Assembly (NCBI GenBank): GCA_951406725.2
Contig: OX597832.1
Location: 57,226,001 to 57,290,000, forward strand
Direction of reading: 5' to 3'
Source of the DNA: Octopus vulgaris
Lineage: Eukaryota
DNA: 64,000 nucleotides
Shown here: one piece after another, positions 62,508 through 64,000 of the stretch
Numbering within the stretch: the first letter of the stretch is position 1
Layout: every line of letters begins with the position of its first letter
The notes under the pieces: model-generated
The model's input: the letters and a program-made list of their open reading frames with translations, nothing else
What the model was told of the DNA's origin: nothing
Database searches by the model: none
Program-made: the position numbers and the translations under genes

Positions 62508-64000
62508 TTAAATAAAGTATATATATGTGAGTGTGTGTGTGTGTATGTATGTATGTTCGTCCACCCACCATCGTTTGACAACCGATGTTGGTGCGTTTAC
62601 ATCCCCATAACTTAGTTGTTCAGCTAAAGAGACCGACAGAATAAGTACTAGGCTTACAAGGAATAAGTTCTGGGGTCAATTTGTTTGACTAAATCCCTTT
62701 AAGGCAGTTGTTCCAGCATGGCCACAGTCAAATGGCCGAACCAAGCAAAAAAGTAAAGGAGAATAAATTGCTTATATTTTCTACACAAAATATTATTTTT
62801 TTTATACAATTTCTAATATTTAATTATAAAAAATAGTGTAGGGTTTATCTTATATACATCCTGTGCTGGCGACACATAAAAGGCACCTGTGCCAGTGATA
62901 TGAAAAAGACACCCAGTACACATGGTGGAGTGGTGGGCATCTGGAAGGGCATCCAGCCATAGAATGGCATGCTAAAAGAGACTGATGCCTGATGCAGCTC
63001 TCTGGCTTATCAGCTCCAGTCGAATCGTCCAACCCATGCCAGCATGGAAAATGGATGTTAAATGATGATGATGATGATGATGATAGCAAATGGCTATGGA
63101 GGTCCAGCAGAGTAAAACAGGAATCAGAAAGGTTCCATAGGCAAAAAATGGTTGAAGAACCACTGCCTTAGAGGCTGCATGGAAAACTTCTGGTTAGTCA
63201 GAAGGGTAAGGGTGATGCTAAAGGGCTTTTTGCTAGGGCCACCAAGACCAATGGGAAAAGGAGAGGAATATCTTCTGTTTTTTCTACCTTGTCTGAATTC
63301 TTGCAACAAACTGGACACAGGTAATGGCACCAGGTAGCACATTAAGCTAAGGAATGATTTAGTCTACCAACCTACACATTCTAGCATCATGATTCATCGG
63401 AAAATAGTTTGGAATGGTTTTGCATCGCCTTCTCCTGGACAAGGGAAGGATATGAGTTGAAAAGGAGACATTAATTATAAGCTCTCTGATATGCAGATGA
63501 CAGAAGTCAAAGTTTATCATCATTTTTAGCCAGCTGTCTGATAATCTAAGATCAAGACTGATGGCTTCTGCAGCGAAAATGGCAAAGAGCTGTCCAAGAA
63601 AAGATTTGGATGATACATCAACAGATGAAGTATTTATAAACATCGTCATCATCGTTTAAAATCCGTTTTCCATGCTGGCATGGGTTGGGCAGTTTGACTG
63701 AGGACTGGCGAGCCAGGAGGCTGCACCAGGCTCCAATCTGGGAATTGCTTATGATGGTCATGAATATTATCATAATGGTGTCTGGCATGAGGGTACATGG
63801 CTTAGTGGTTAAGGTGTTTGGCTGAAGATTGTAAGGACGTGAGTTTGACTCCTGGTAGTGCATTGTAACCTTGAGCAAGACACTTTATTTCCCGGTGCTC
63901 CAGTTCACACAGCTGGCACAAATGATCTGTACCTGTAATTCAAAGAGGTCAGTCTTGTCACATAAAGGAGCTTTGAAATGCATGTTATGAGATTATCACA

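Noticed and set aside
63359-63652. 97-aa minus-strand ORF as a further CXorf58-like exon
   Set aside because: No recognisable family motif or convincing splice sites.

Overview
AT-rich eukaryotic genomic DNA saturated with microsatellites, SINEs and LINEs. The repeat families look like those of octopus (cephalopod mollusc), which is my inference. Almost all ORFs in the supplied track are simple-repeat artefacts. Two real multi-exon genes can be spliced together by hand, and they are convergent. (1) A zeta-tubulin / delta-tubulin-like gene on + has 11 coding exons from 7804 to 42848; its start exon was not found and probably lies upstream of the window. It contains a U12-type AT-AC minor intron (34318-37957) and an acceptor formed by the last unit of an AG-free minisatellite. 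(2) A CXorf58-like gene on - has 6 coding exons from 60246 down to 51094, with its 5' part not found. The most unusual feature is a 354-bp tandem dimer in a tubulin intron (22793-23485, sense strand). Each unit carries an intact minimal type I hammerhead ribozyme, i.e. a retrozyme-like element that could yield a 354-nt circular RNA. About ten more Penelope-like hammerhead motifs occur in the window, several as head-to-head inverted pairs and most next to (TA)n tracts. All coordinates were read by eye; repeat boundaries are approximate and repeat family names are tentative.
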